DNA of 61,747 nt, filler included, from 7 parts of 7 records of this genome joined end to end with filler, not necessarily neighbours in it, one strand, 5' to 3'. Shown: positions 29,373 to 41,559, counted from the first letter of the whole stretch. Numbers and translations are program-made. Notes: a model not told the origin generated them from the sequence alone.

Positions 29373-31655
29373 ATGAAAAAAAACATAATCTGTTTTACAA
29401 TGTGTTTATTCGTTCTGATTTTTTTCTGCAGCGAATCCGGTAATAAGAAAAGAAATTCATCACAACCTGTTTATAAAGATGTTCCTTATTTACAGGATTG
29501 CGCTGTTAAATATTATGTCAATGATGAAAACATGGAACTCAAAAAAGTATATACCGATCGTAACGGTGTCGTACAGGTATTTGCATCGGACGGATTATAT
29601 CGTCCCAATAATGGTCATTTCCAATATCCCGGTACATTAGAGTCTGATATCACCTACCGTCCTATGGCTGATAAACGAGTCAGTGATATGACGCTTTATA
29701 AAAACCAATTTGTGTATGTGGATGACAAGGCGGTTCTGAGTAATGCCTGGGCTGGTAAACTTTATTCTCGCCACAGTATGCAAAACGTCAAGCTGGTTTG
29801 TGGAGGAATGGATTTCACTTTTATGATATCTGATGGACAGACGCTTGTCTGTATAAAAGATTCTGAATCCATATGGACCGGGGTACTGAATGGAGATAAA
29901 GTTATACAGATAAAGTATAATGAAGGAACAGGTCATTTTTTGATTCTTGGTAAAGAGTCACTCTATTCCTTTTCTGTCAACTCGAACGAGTTAAAATCCA
30001 TTTACAAGGGTAGCAATTTCACCTGTTTTGAAAAGCTTGAGAATGGCAAGGGATTCATCATCGGCACGTCCGAGGGTTATGTGGAACTGGACGCAAGCGG
30101 AAAACAAAAAGGGGAGATGCATAAAAAACTCCCATGGCCGGAATTGACAGCTGTCAAAAATATAAATGGAAAATTATGGTTTGGTTCCACCAGGGGCACG
30201 TTTATGCTTCGCGAGGATGGCACATTCAATTACTACTATGGTGCGCGTTGGTTACCGGGCAATAATGTAAAACATATTGAGGCGGGTCCGGATAATTCCG
30301 TACTCATTCTCACGGAGAAAGGTTTGGGACAGATCTGTTTCAGGGAAATGACCCTGGAAGATAAAGCCATGATGTACGAAAAGCAGGTGCGCAAAAGGCA
30401 AATACGGTATGGTATAAACAGTAATGTTACCAGATTGGAAAATCATGACTTGTCCACTGCCGAAAACCATGTGGCAGACAGTGATAATCTGTGGACAGGC
30501 ATGTATCTGGGCAGCCAGTTATTCCGTTATCTTGTCACAAGATCAGAAGAAGCCAAACAGAACTGTTATGAAGCCTTTGAAGCCATGGAACGCATGCACC
30601 AGATCAACGGGATAAAAGGCTTGTTTGGTCGCTCATTCGAACGCAGGGGATACCAGGAATTCCGTCAGGAGTTCAGATCTTATGTCGATAACTATTGGTA
30701 TGATGGTTACCAGGGAACCATAAGCTGGCGTCATGCGGACGATCCAGAGTGGGACTGGAGAGCATCTGCCAGTAGTGACCAGACCGTGGGGCAGATTTTC
30801 GCTGTGACCCTGATCGCGGAATATATGGATGATGAGGCCTGGCGGAACAGGGCTGTTACACTTTTAGATGAATTGATGACCTACATTGTCGAGAATGATA
30901 TGTGCCTGGTGGATTATAACGGTTTGCCTTCCCTCTGGGGTCGCTGGCATCCGCAGTATGTGAACCGTTTTGATACCATGATAGGGGACAGAGAAGTATG
31001 CTCATCAAATATCATCGCCTTTTTACATACAGCGTACCGCTTTACCGGAAAAAAGATTTACAAGGAAAAAGCCTTTGAATTGATGCATGAACATGGTTAT
31101 CTTGAGAACCTCATGCGCCCGGTTGCCGATATCGGTCCGGCACCGGAGGATGCAGATGGCTGGAGCAAAATGTTGTCAGAGGAATGGAATCATTCTGATG
31201 ACGAGATGTATTTTCTGGCGTACTGGGGCCTGTATCCCTATGCTTTTAACGATACGTTGAAAGAAAACTATCGCCAGGCCATAAAAGACCACTGGAACGC
31301 GGAACGTCCGGAGAAAAATGCGTTGTGGAATTTTTGTTATGCCATGACAGGTGCTACCGAGTTTGATCTGGATGAATCCATCTGGCATCTGAAAGAATTC
31401 CCATTGGATTTGATCCAATTTGCGACAAAAAATAGCCACAGGAAAGATATAGAGATATTGGAACCCAATTTCCGGGGGCAAATAACATCAAAAGTGCTGC
31501 CACCGGATGAACGCCCGGAATTAAAACATAACCGCAATCTCTTTACCCTTGATGCCGGGGACCGGCATAGTGAGCTAAGTGCCGGGGATACCTTCCTGCT
31601 TCCCTACTGGATGGGCCGGTATTTAGGTGTTATCAGCGCACCAGTGCGGGATTAA
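29373..31655 (+). CDS. Uncharacterised large lipoprotein (beta-propeller-like N-half, helical toroid-like C-half)
   Basis: Signal with Cys; propeller-type blades (LWFGSTRG, WLPGNNVKHI); Trp/Asp-rich helical C-half (DSDNLWTGMYL, SSDQ, NHSDDEM, FLLPYWMGRY). Fold assignment is inference. Confidence 0.65.
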   Translation: MKKNIICFTMCLFVLIFFCSESGNKKRNSSQPVYKDVPYLQDCAVKYYVNDENMELKKVYTDRNGVVQVFASDGLYRPNNGHFQYPGTLESDITYRPMADKRVSDMTLYKNQFVYVDDKAVLSNAWAGKLYSRHSMQNVKLVCGGMDFTFMISDGQTLVCIKDSESIWTGVLNGDKVIQIKYNEGTGHFLILGKESLYSFSVNSNELKSIYKGSNFTCFEKLENGKGFIIGTSEGYVELDASGKQKGEMHKKLPWPELTAVKNINGKLWFGSTRGTFMLREDGTFNYYYGARWLPGNNVKHIEAGPDNSVLILTEKGLGQICFREMTLEDKAMMYEKQVRKRQIRYGINSNVTRLENHDLSTAENHVADSDNLWTGMYLGSQLFRYLVTRSEEAKQNCYEAFEAMERMHQINGIKGLFGRSFERRGYQEFRQEFRSYVDNYWYDGYQGTISWRHADDPEWDWRASASSDQTVGQIFAVTLIAEYMDDEAWRNRAVTLLDELMTYIVENDMCLVDYNGLPSLWGRWHPQYVNRFDTMIGDREVCSSNIIAFLHTAYRFTGKKIYKEKAFELMHEHGYLENLMRPVADIGPAPEDADGWSKMLSEEWNHSDDEMYFLAYWGLYPYAFNDTLKENYRQAIKDHWNAERPEKNALWNFCYAMTGATEFDLDESIWHLKEFPLDLIQFATKNSHRKDIEILEPNFRGQITSKVLPPDERPELKHNRNLFTLDAGDRHSELSAGDTFLLPYWMGRYLGVISAPVRD

Positions 31656-31724
31656 AAATGTCTTATCAGAATTAGTAAAAGATTTGTGCAATAATTTTGA
31701 GTACATATATTTGTATAATCAGGT

Positions 31725-33612
31725 ATGGAACCTGAAAAAAAACTTTCAAACGATAATCCGGAGACACTTGTCATGGAGAACAGGAAATTGTACGATCAAA
31801 TCAGAAAAAAAACCATTAATTCTCTTTTTATTCTAACTGCAATGTTATTTGCGTCCATTATTCCTTCGCCGGTTTCAGCCGTAACGACCAGCATGTACAA
31901 CGTCACAGAATTTGGTGCAATTGGAGATGGCGAGACACTCAACACCACGGCCATTCAGGCGGTTATTGACGAGTGTGCAGAAAAAGGAGGCGGTACCGTC
32001 TACTTTCCCGCTGGCACGTATTTATCAGGCACAATTTATTTAAAAAGTCATATTCGATTATTTCTCGACGCCGGATCAATTCTCCTGGGCAGTAAAAAGG
32101 TGGAAGATTATCCTTTAAACGTGAGTAGCTTTCCTTCCGGTGCGGATCGATATGTGGCCAGAGCGCTCATTTGGGGGGATGGATTGAATGATATCACAAT
32201 AACAGGCCAGGGAACGATTGATGGCCAGGGTTCTTTTTTCACAGATCATGAACTGCCTCAGGATAAATGGCTGGGATTGGTTAAAGATTATAAAGATAAG
32301 ACGCGTTTCCGTCCTGAAGGTGGCTATATAAATCGACCTTATATCATTCGATTTGTCTCCTGTCGGCATGTTCTGGTAGAGAAAATTTCCCTTCTTAAAC
32401 CGGCCATGTGGATGCAGTTATACCAGAACTGTGATTACGTAACCATTCGGGATATTTATGTATTTAGTCACGGTAATCCGAATAACGATCTGATAGACAT
32501 TGACGGCAGCCGCAATGTGGTCATTAACGGAGTTACCGGGGATTCGGATGACGATGGTATTACATTAAAGAGCACCAGCGCAGCGCCGGTGCAAAACGTC
32601 ACCATTTCCGACTGCATCATTCGTTCCCGTACCAATGCCATAAAAGCAGGGACAGAATCCTCTGGTGGTTTTAAGGATATCACGATTAGCAATTGCGTTA
32701 TCAAGGCATCGGAAGTAAAAGAGGGGTACTCCGGCCGGAATGAGGGACTGGCAGGTATTGCTCTGGAGATCGTGGACGGCGGTTCTCTGGACCGGGTAAC
32801 CATATCCAATATCGCTATTGAAGATATGGCCGCGCCACTATTTCTTCGTTTGGGAAACCGGGCACGACCCTACCGACCGAATCAAAGTAAAGCATTGGTC
32901 GGTACTTTTCAAAACGTCAAAATCAGCAATATCACAGCGTCCAATGCCGGCAAAAACGGCTGCTCTATTCTTGGAATCAAGGATCATTTTATAAAAAATG
33001 TCCTGATCTCCAACGTTCATATAAATTTTGATGGTGGCGGAAGCAAAGAGCTGGGTGAATCCGATTACCCGGAGAATGATACGGATTATCCGGAGAGTAC
33101 ACGGTATGGTGATCTGCCTGCATACGGCTTTTTTTGTCGCCATGTAGATGGCCTGACTTTTCGTGACGTCAGTTTTACCTATAATACACCGGAGCATAGA
33201 CCTCCATTCATCTGTGATGATGTTAAAAATCTAAAACTGTATAATTTTAACGCGCAGGTTTCTCCGCAGGCTGCGGCACAAATGGTTTTGCGGAACACGC
33301 AAAATGTTTTTGTGAGCGGCTGCGGTCCGAGAGATTGTGAAAATTTTATGCGACTGGAAGATTACTGTGATCAGGTGAAACTGGTTGGTAATGATCTCCA
33401 ACAGGTGAAAAGGCCCTTTGTACTGGATGAAACAATAAAATTATCCGCACTTGCTGTTGCCGGTAACATTGCCGATAGCTCAACTGTATTTGGTATGCTG
33501 GAACCATTAGTGAAAAGAGACGAATTTGGCCTTGTATCCATCAGATCTTTCACCACGGATTCGGATATCCGTTATACCCTGGACGGTATAGAACCGACTC
33601 TAAAGTCAAAAA
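31725..33612 (+). CDS. Glycoside hydrolase family 28-like (pectin-lyase fold) protein, partial
   Basis: YNVTEFGAIGDG, PAGTYLSG, NNDLIDID, DDDGITLKS, IKAGTES; start uncertain, 3' end cut by linker. Confidence 0.85.
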
Positions 33613-33712
33613 NNNNNNNNNNNNNNNNNNNNNNNNNNNNNNNNNNNNNNNNNNNNTTAATTAATTAANNNNNNNNNNNNNNNNNNNNNNNNNNNNNNNN
33701 NNNNNNNNNNNN
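33613..33712. other. Artificial contig linker
   Basis: N44-TTAATTAATTAA-N44. Confidence 0.98.
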
Positions 33713-33769
33713 TTTTTTGATTAAAACAGAGACAATATGTCCGTTTTCCTCTAAATTTTTGATTACATT

Positions 33770-34260
33770 TTTAAAAAGATGATAATGTGCAGGATGTCCT
33801 AAATAAAATAATAAATTCATTGATTATTATATAGCCAATCTTTCTCGTACGTAAAATATTTCTTTTATTTTTCTTAGATTGCAAACGCAAACATACCGTT
33901 AAATTTATCAGAATATTTCTCGCCCATTCATAATATGCAGCAAGAACAACTTCTTTATTGGTGCTTTTTCTAGATTTGTACTGTATTTTTAATTTATCTT
34001 CTATTTCAAGACCATACCACAATTCTTCATTATAAATAAAAACATATCGCTCATTATGCGATACGAATGTTAATGTCCTAATTCACATATATATAGTATA
34101 CTTAGTCCAAAAAACTCTAAACCTACTTTATTATCAAAAAAACACCTTCATCATCTAGGCCACGATGCTTCATTTGATGGATAATGATTCTGATTTTCTT
34201 TTCTTCAACTTTTTAACCAATATAATTTACTATTATGGATATTTTCCATATTTCAAACAT
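33770..34260 (-). pseudogene. Degraded asparagine synthase (glutamine-hydrolysing, AsnB-like) remnant
   Basis: Fragments in different frames: MKHRGLDDEGVF (cf. HRGPDDEG) and STNKEVVLAAYYEW (cf. TDTEVIL..Y.EWG), with multiple stops and shifts. Confidence 0.6.
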
Positions 34261-35212
34261 TTAAAATTGAATTATAAATATTTATTATTTTATTTGCCAT
34301 AATACCTGATTCTAGATGAGAAATATTTTTTCTCCCATTAGTTCTTTTCCCAAATTTTAACGCTTTGTCTATTTTTTCGGCAACATCATTTGCATCAAAC
34401 GATGTTATAAAACAACCTTCAGTTTTTGAAATCACTTCTCTTACATCACCGACATCGGTAGAGACAATAGGACAGTTACAGGCCATTGCTTCTTTTATTA
34501 CATTTGGAGAACCTTCATTAAAAGATGTTAGAACAAAAACATCACAGGCATTAAAGAAATCTGGAACTTGGCTATTATCAACGGGATATGGATTAATTAT
34601 TTCATAGTCTCCGTTACTTAACAGATTACATGCTTTAATAAATAATTGATAGTTTTTTCTAGGATCTTTTATATTTGCCAAATATAATATTAATTTTTTA
34701 TTGCTTAGTAATTTCAGTTTTTCTCTAGATTTGATTTGATCCATTGGAATAAATTTTTCAAAATTTACACCATTAGGAATAATAAATGCTTTATTTCTTA
34801 AATATATGTAATCATAAATATTTTTAGACTTCACTATTATTCTCTTCACAAAAGGTTGAATAAGCTGAGTTAAAAACATTACAAAATAACTACTTTTAAT
34901 ACGTTTACCATTAATTTTAGATTTTCCATATGCATCAACACCCATTAATGATAATATTATTGGTATTCCAGAAAAGGCGAGTACGCATACCATACCTGTA
35001 AATGAATAATGTGCATGAATTATATCATAGTTATTTTTTTTTATATGTTTTCTTAATTTAGCAACATTACTCAAGTATCCTCTAAATCCTTTTCCTTTAA
35101 TTGTAAAATAATCTAATATTAAACCTTTCTCACGAAGAGATTCTCCCTGATTTTTTATGAAAGGAACTATCCCGTAATGAGAATTACCACTACTTACAAA
35201 CAAAACTTTCAT
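34253..35212 (-). CDS. Glycosyltransferase family 4
   Basis: DIIHAHY, IPNGV, EGSPNVIKEAMA, STDVGD. Confidence 0.9.
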   Translation of the reverse strand: MKVLFVSSGNSHYGIVPFIKNQGESLREKGLILDYFTIKGKGFRGYLSNVAKLRKHIKKNNYDIIHAHYSFTGMVCVLAFSGIPIILSLMGVDAYGKSKINGKRIKSSYFVMFLTQLIQPFVKRIIVKSKNIYDYIYLRNKAFIIPNGVNFEKFIPMDQIKSREKLKLLSNKKLILYLANIKDPRKNYQLFIKACNLLSNGDYEIINPYPVDNSQVPDFFNACDVFVLTSFNEGSPNVIKEAMACNCPIVSTDVGDVREVISKTEGCFITSFDANDVAEKIDKALKFGKRTNGRKNISHLESGIMANKIINIYNSILNV

Positions 35213-35333
35213 TAAAAATACCTGTTATTACCTAAATGATCTAAATTTAAATAAATTAAAAATATGATAATAAAATGATGAAAAAATCCAACTAATATTT
35301 TAGTATTTATGGTTACCTAAAATAAATATGCAC

Positions 35334-36555
35334 TTATAATGCTGAATTAATAAAATTATCAATCCTGCTTGCTACATTTAAATAATGTAGATTATTTTGC
35401 ATCCAACTATACCCATTCTCTGCAATTTTCTTTGATAATAATGGATCATTAATTAATAGCTCTACACCTTTAAAAAAAGATTTAGGCTTATCTGGTTCAA
35501 TTAGGATAACATCTTTTTTATTAGTAAAATGCTTTGCAATATCTCCTACCTTGGTTATAACCACAGGTTTTTTACATGCAAAATACTCCCCAAGTTTTGT
35601 TGGAAAACCTGCCTCAGCAAATACTCCGTTTGGTCTTATCAATACAAGTATATTGCAGGAATTTAAAAGGGAAGAAACCATTTCAAATGGAACTAAACCG
35701 GTAAATTTAACTTTATTTTCAATACCAATTTCTTTACAGTATGTTTTTAACTTTGGGATTGATGATTTCCCATTTGTAATGTCGCCAATAATAAGAAGAT
35801 TCGTATTTTCATATTTGGAATTAATAAGCTTAAAGCCATCAAGCATCTCATAAATCCCATCTTTTCTTGTAGGTGTGCCAGAATAACCTATTATAATGCT
35901 ATTATTAGTAGTAGTGGCTTTTGTTTCAATGTTAAAATCTGAAGGATCAATAATATTAGGTTGAACAATAATTGGTTTTTTACATTTTAGTCTTGATGAA
36001 ATATAATTCTCTAAAAAGCCTGATAAAACAATGAAACCATCAGCGAGCCAGCTAATATTTTTTATTCCCCAATAAAAATCAAACCATTTTAATTTCTTCA
36101 AAGAAAATTTCTTTAAATTTGGTTTTTCGTAATATTCAGACACTATGATTAGTAGCTTTACTTTTAATATTTTTGCTACTATCGCTAAAGCTAGATTTGT
36201 CGAAATTGTAACATTATATCTTAAAAGTACATCCACATCTCCTTTGCATTTGCTAATTATTATATCAATTAATACCCTTAAATTACCATAAAAAATATCA
36301 ACGGCTTTTAATAGATAATTTCTGGGGTGCTTTGCAAAGCAAAGATGAATATATTTTACGTTTTTTATATTTCCTTTTTTTGCAATACCTTTTTCTATAT
36401 AATTACCATAGTAGTTTCCTTTTGGTAGCAATACGGTTACATCATTGCCAAGTTCACTTAGCCCTAAACTTAAATTACGAAGAAAATTTGCAGATGCACC
36501 ACCATAAGGAAAGTTGCCATTCGTAATTATTCTGATATATTTTTTTAATGTTCAT
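35334..36555 (-). CDS. Glycosyltransferase family 4 (frameshift in poly-A just after the likely start)
   Basis: GFPTKLGEYFA, ITKVGD. The frame extends upstream of 36431 as KYIRIITNGNFPYGGASAN and joins ATG 36555 if one A is removed. Confidence 0.8.
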
Positions 36556-37687
36556 TTATTCCAAACCACATATTACTCAGTTTAGCGGTACCCACAATAG
36601 TTTTTAATACTCTCCAAGAAGTTTTTTCAATCTGATACTCAGGCGTTATTTGATTATAACCATTATCCTTATGCTCATCAATTACTAACTTTACAGAAGC
36701 AAGAACTACATCAGGATTCAATCCTGTTAATACAATTGTTCCAGCATCAATGGCTTCAGGCCTCTCTATAGAGTTACGAATTGTGATTGCTGGAAAATTA
36801 AGTATGGCCGATTCCTCGCTAATGGTACCACTATCAGAGATAGCACATATAGCATTCATTTGTAAATAATTGTAATCCATAAAACCAAAAGGTGTTAAAA
36901 ACATTACACGATCATCAATCATAACATCATTGAGTGATGCAATGCGTTTTTTGGTGCGTGGATGTGTAGAGACAATAACAGGCATGTCATAATGTTGGGC
37001 TAAATTATTAATTATAGAAAGTATCTTTCTCAAATTTTCAGGATAATCTACGTTCTCTTCTCTATGGGCACTGAATATGAAAAAACCTTTCTTTGTCAAC
37101 TCCAACTTTCCCAAAATATCTGAATTATCAATCTTTGGCCGATAGTATTGAAGAACTTCATACATAGGTGACCCGGTTAAATAAATTCGGCGATGTGGTA
37201 AACCTTCCGCTAATAAATGTCTTCTGGAGTTTTCAGTATATACCAAATTAAAATCTGCCGTGTGATCAATAATGCATCGATTAATTTCTTCAGGCACATT
37301 TAAATCAAAACTTCTGTTTCCTGCTTCCATATGATAGATAGGAATTTTCATCCTTTTTGCCATAATAGCAGCAATAGATGCATTTGTGTCACCCAGGATC
37401 AACACAGCATCAGGTTTTTCTTTAAGAAAAACCTCTTCAATTTTGACAAGTGTTTCCCCTAATACATGGCCCAGTGAACTTGTATCTACACCTAAATAAT
37501 AATCTGGTTTACGAAGCTCCAAATCATTATAAAAAATTTCATTCAATTCATAATCATAGTTCTGGCCTGTGTGTACTGTGATATGATTAACATATTTATC
37601 CAAAAGGCACATTACCCTAGAAAGTCTAATAATTTCTGGTCTTGTACCAATAATTGTTATAACTTTTAATTTAGATTGTTTCATCAA
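36545..37687 (-). CDS. UDP-N-acetylglucosamine 2-epimerase family, FnlC/WbjD type
   Basis: GTRPEIIRLS, HTGQNYDYELN, HMEAGNRSFD, SDSGTISEES. Confidence 0.92.
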   Translation of the reverse strand: MMKQSKLKVITIIGTRPEIIRLSRVMCLLDKYVNHITVHTGQNYDYELNEIFYNDLELRKPDYYLGVDTSSLGHVLGETLVKIEEVFLKEKPDAVLILGDTNASIAAIMAKRMKIPIYHMEAGNRSFDLNVPEEINRCIIDHTADFNLVYTENSRRHLLAEGLPHRRIYLTGSPMYEVLQYYRPKIDNSDILGKLELTKKGFFIFSAHREENVDYPENLRKILSIINNLAQHYDMPVIVSTHPRTKKRIASLNDVMIDDRVMFLTPFGFMDYNYLQMNAICAISDSGTISEESAILNFPAITIRNSIERPEAIDAGTIVLTGLNPDVVLASVKLVIDEHKDNGYNQITPEYQIEKTSWRVLKTIVGTAKLSNMWFGINEH

Positions 37688-37776
37688 TTCTCCAAAAAGG
37701 ACAAAGTAATGCTTGTTCTTATAATAATATCTTGTTTCACATTTATTTATTATTTAGGCATTTCTTATTTGACATT

Positions 37777-38889
37777 TTACACTTTTTCATAAAAAGTATC
37801 TGGATCTTCGGCATCATAAAATTCATTAATCCAAAATATTGTATAAAGATCATCATTCCCAATATTTGTAATATTATGCGTATACCAGACTGGCATATCA
37901 ACATAACCGGGCTTTTCACCTGATAATCTGTATTCTATAACTTTATCTGTTCCAATACGCCTTAATTGTATAAGAGCCTCTCCCTTTATAACAGCAAATC
38001 GTTCTATCTTTCTAGTATGAAAATGGTTTCCACGCGTAATTCCAGGTTTTGTTGTTGAAAATGAAATTTGGCCTTGATTCATGGTTTTCACAGTTTCTAC
38101 AAATGCACCCCTATCATCCGAATGTAATTTAAAATAACGTGGGAAATAATCCATTTCAAGATAAGATCTAAATGTATTAAATAAACATAACTCAAAGTGA
38201 TTCGTTAAATCTGGAAAGATACCCGCTTCTGTATATGTATTATGGTAATAGTTAAATTTTTTCAAAATAGCACTTACTGTTGATGTGCCTGTATGTCCAA
38301 CTAGAAATTCATTTTTATAAATTTTATTTTTTATTGTATTAAAAATTTCTTTTATCAAATCCTGAACATATATTAAATCCATCTCGGCATCTATCTGTAT
38401 CTCAGGATTTTGTTCATGCGCTATCTGGTAAGCAAATGTAGATACTACAGAATTATAAAATGGCTTTCCGAAAGGACCAAAAACATTTGGAATAATCATC
38501 CCGGTAAATTTATTTCCATTTTTTTCTGCCCATTCTATAAATAACTTTCTACCTTCCTTCTTGGATTTTCCATAATCATTATCTCTCTCTTCCTGGGAAG
38601 AAGAAGACATAATGATATGAGGCTGTGAGTTTGTTCTCTCCAGAGAATCTATCAATTGTTTTACTAATTTAATATTAGTATCATATATTAGTTTTGTATC
38701 GCCATTACGGTTCATTGCTGCCAAATGTACTATTACATCACATGAAGCAACGAAATCATCTAATATATCCTGATTTTCATAGTACTCATCTTGAAATTCT
38801 ACGCGTTGTATATCTTTTTTTAAACCAAGATAATTGTATAGATTGGTGCCTATAAATCCGGCCTGTCCGGTTATCCCTACTTTAATCAT
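37777..38889 (-). CDS. FnlB/CapF-type NAD-dependent reductase with C-terminal cupin
   Basis: GQAGFIG, PNVFG..KPFYNSVV, TRGNHFHTRKIE, DPDTF. Confidence 0.9.
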   Translation of the reverse strand: MIKVGITGQAGFIGTNLYNYLGLKKDIQRVEFQDEYYENQDILDDFVASCDVIVHLAAMNRNGDTKLIYDTNIKLVKQLIDSLERTNSQPHIIMSSSSQEERDNDYGKSKKEGRKLFIEWAEKNGNKFTGMIIPNVFGPFGKPFYNSVVSTFAYQIAHEQNPEIQIDAEMDLIYVQDLIKEIFNTIKNKIYKNEFLVGHTGTSTVSAILKKFNYYHNTYTEAGIFPDLTNHFELCLFNTFRSYLEMDYFPRYFKLHSDDRGAFVETVKTMNQGQISFSTTKPGITRGNHFHTRKIERFAVIKGEALIQLRRIGTDKVIEYRLSGEKPGYVDMPVWYTHNITNIGNDDLYTIFWINEFYDAEDPDTFYEKV

Positions 38890-38985
38890 TATTTATCCAT
38901 TTTTTACATTAAACTCTTTTCCGATCCATATCTATCGTATCCATGCCGTAGCATATCAAACGAACAGTAACAATTATATCTAGGG

Positions 38986-39420
38986 TTATCTCCCCCAATC
39001 ATACCAAAGTTTTGTATCAAATCGGTAATTATCATTTTTTGCATATTCTAGGTTTTGAGAAGAAAAAACTAACAATTTTGAATTTGGCTCAATTTCTTTT
39101 ATACCGTTGGCATATCCTGGTGGTATCATCAAAATCTGACTTTTTGTGTCTGAAAGTACAAATTTGCCAACAGGTAAGTTTTTTGACGGATTATCCCAAT
39201 TATCAACTAGTACACTACATATTAGAAAAGAACCTGAAACAACAAAAAAATATTTTCTTTCAATCTTGTGTCCTTGCCAGGCTCTTATAGTTTTTTCAGA
39301 ATAATTCGAAATCGTATAAAATCTTTTTACTTTATCAAATCCAAAGCTATTTACAAACTTGAGCTCGCCTCGTTCATCTGTAAATATTCCACCATCAATA
39401 ATAAAAGGTTTTTCAATCAT
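38986..39420 (-). CDS. Cupin-fold nucleotide-sugar epimerase/isomerase (RmlC/WxcM-like)
   Basis: DERG, IRAWQGH, IPPGYANG. Confidence 0.8.
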   Translation of the reverse strand: MIEKPFIIDGGIFTDERGELKFVNSFGFDKVKRFYTISNYSEKTIRAWQGHKIERKYFFVVSGSFLICSVLVDNWDNPSKNLPVGKFVLSDTKSQILMIPPGYANGIKEIEPNSKLLVFSSQNLEYAKNDNYRFDTKLWYDWGR

Positions 39421-40429
39421 TATTTTCCCTGAATATCTTTTCTGATAAAATTCAACTTTAAAAGTAATTTTTTTGTTTCTTCTATATCCAACCGATGTGT
39501 GTTATGCGATGTGTATTCAACAACCTTGGAAATTTCATCTTTTCCTTCAGAAAAATATTGATTATAATTAAGATCACGGTCATCTGCTGGTATTCCATAA
39601 AAATCCCCCAGATCTTTCGCTCTAGCCATTTCTTCCCTATTCACCAGAGATTCAAAAAGTTTTTCGCCATGCCGAGTACCAATGATCTTTATTTCATTAT
39701 CGGAGTTATATAGCTCCTTTAATGCATATGCCAAATCTTTGATGGTTGATGCTGGCGCCTTTTGTACAAAAATATCACCTGAATTACCATTTTTAAATGC
39801 GTATAAAACAAGATCAACAGCATCATCCAGCGTCATCATAAAACGGGTCATGTTAGGGTCTGTAATTGTGATAGGCTTTTTTCCTTGATTTGCTGTACGA
39901 ATAGAGGAATAACGGAACCACGAGAAGCCATCACATTACCATATCTTGTACCACATAATATAGTAGTATGATTTGCATCTCTGGATTTAGCAATCATAAC
40001 TTTCTCCATCAAAGCTTTGGACATTCCCATTGCATTTATAGGATTAACCGCTTTGTCTGTACTGAGAACAATTACTTTTTTTACCTTACAGGAAATAGCG
40101 GCATTCAATACATTTTCAGCTCCTAATATATTTGTTTTTACTGCTTGCATAGGAAAAAACTCACACGAAGGAACTTGTTTTAGTGCAGCAGCATGGAACA
40201 CATAATCGACATTATGCATTACACTTAATACACTGTTATAATCTCTTACATCACCAATATAGTATTTAACCTTAGGATTATTTATCTTTTTACGCATATC
40301 ATCCTGTTTTTTTTCATCACGTGAAAATATACGTATTTCTTTCAGGTCGGAATCTATAAATCGTTTTAATGCAGCATTACCAAATGAACCAGTGCCACCG
40401 GTAATCAATAAAGTTTTGTTATAAAACAT
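39420..40429 (-). CDS. FnlA/CapE-type UDP-GlcNAc 4,6-dehydratase, single gene split by a homopolymer frameshift near 39880
   Basis: GGTGSFG, FSRDEKKQ, AALKQVPSCEF, STDKAV, RYGNVMASRGSV; PITITDPNMTRF resumes in the second frame. Confidence 0.92.
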
Positions 40430-40711
40430 ACATCCTCATATAATTCACTATCGTTATGATAAAAATATTTATTTACATTTCTCAAATTTCGAAGAAAATT
40501 GATCTCCCCATTGTTCTACTAACTTACTATTTATATATAGGTTATAAATATTCTCACTTAGAATAAAATCAATCCCACAATTTTTTACAAATTTCTTTAT
40601 TTGTTAATTTAATAAAAACACGTCCAGTAGATATCTTAGATTCAGTAATTTCTTATTTAATAATTTTACTTTTCTACTGCCGGTACAATTTTAATAGCCA
40701 TCGGGTAAATA

Positions 40712-41268
40712 TCAAACAAATTTGTTTTTATATATAATTAAATATAAACCTAATCCAAAAATACCCCACATAAATGGTGCGGCCCAAAAGGAAGCATAAT
40801 AACAATTTGTAAAGTTAATATTTATTATCTCTAAAATTAATATTGCACCAAATACTTTTAATAAATTTGCATTTTTATTAAAAATCGTTGAAATAATTTT
40901 TTTAAGTACCAATAATAACAAAATAAAATTGGGAATAAATAAAAAAAGACCCCCTCCTCCTAAAACAGCTAAATAAAAATTATGTGCTTGCCAAATATTG
41001 CGAAATGAAGTCTCGTTTAATCCATAAAAATTATAAGCATCACTTATTTTATTCTGTGTAAAACCAACACCAAATAACATATTATCTTTAAAATTATCCC
41101 AAATAAATTCCCACCTTATCAATCTAGTAGAAATAGTTGATAAATCTGTTGTATTTACAAACATATCATTCAGATTTCTAGATCCTTGATGGAAATAAGA
41201 TATCCCATAATCCGAAGCATATTCTATTATAAAATCAGCAAAAATTAAAATAATAACAAATAAAATTG
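40712..41268 (-). CDS. O-antigen ligase/polymerase family membrane protein (C-terminal part)
   Basis: R..W...FGVG and AHNFYL motifs with TM segments. Confidence 0.7.
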
Positions 41269-41368
41269 NNNNNNNNNNNNNNNNNNNNNNNNNNNNNNNN
41301 NNNNNNNNNNNNTTAATTAATTAANNNNNNNNNNNNNNNNNNNNNNNNNNNNNNNNNNNNNNNNNNNN
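41269..41368. other. Artificial contig linker
   Basis: N44-TTAATTAATTAA-N44. Confidence 0.98.
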
Positions 41369-41559
41369 TTTTCAGGGTTTTTTAGAGCTGCCTTCAAGGC
41401 CTCGTCAAGGAGTTTGTCGTAGTTGCCGTTGAGAAAGGCAGCTTCTCCGACTATATTCTCCTGAGCATATAGGCTACATGAGAGCAGAAGCAGAAGGAAT
41501 GTAGCTGTAAGTTTGAGCTTTATGCTATAATATGATTTTATCATTGTTATTGCTTTCAT
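41369..41559 (-). CDS. Hypothetical exported protein (N-terminal part)
   Basis: Signal-peptide-like hydrophobic stretch ending LYA; cut by linker. Confidence 0.45.

Noticed and set aside
39420-40429. Programmed frameshift or phase variation in fnlA, the GT4 gene and the LolC/E gene
   Set aside because: Single-base slips in short A/T runs occur across unrelated contigs, which sequencing error explains more simply; cannot be fully excluded without reads.
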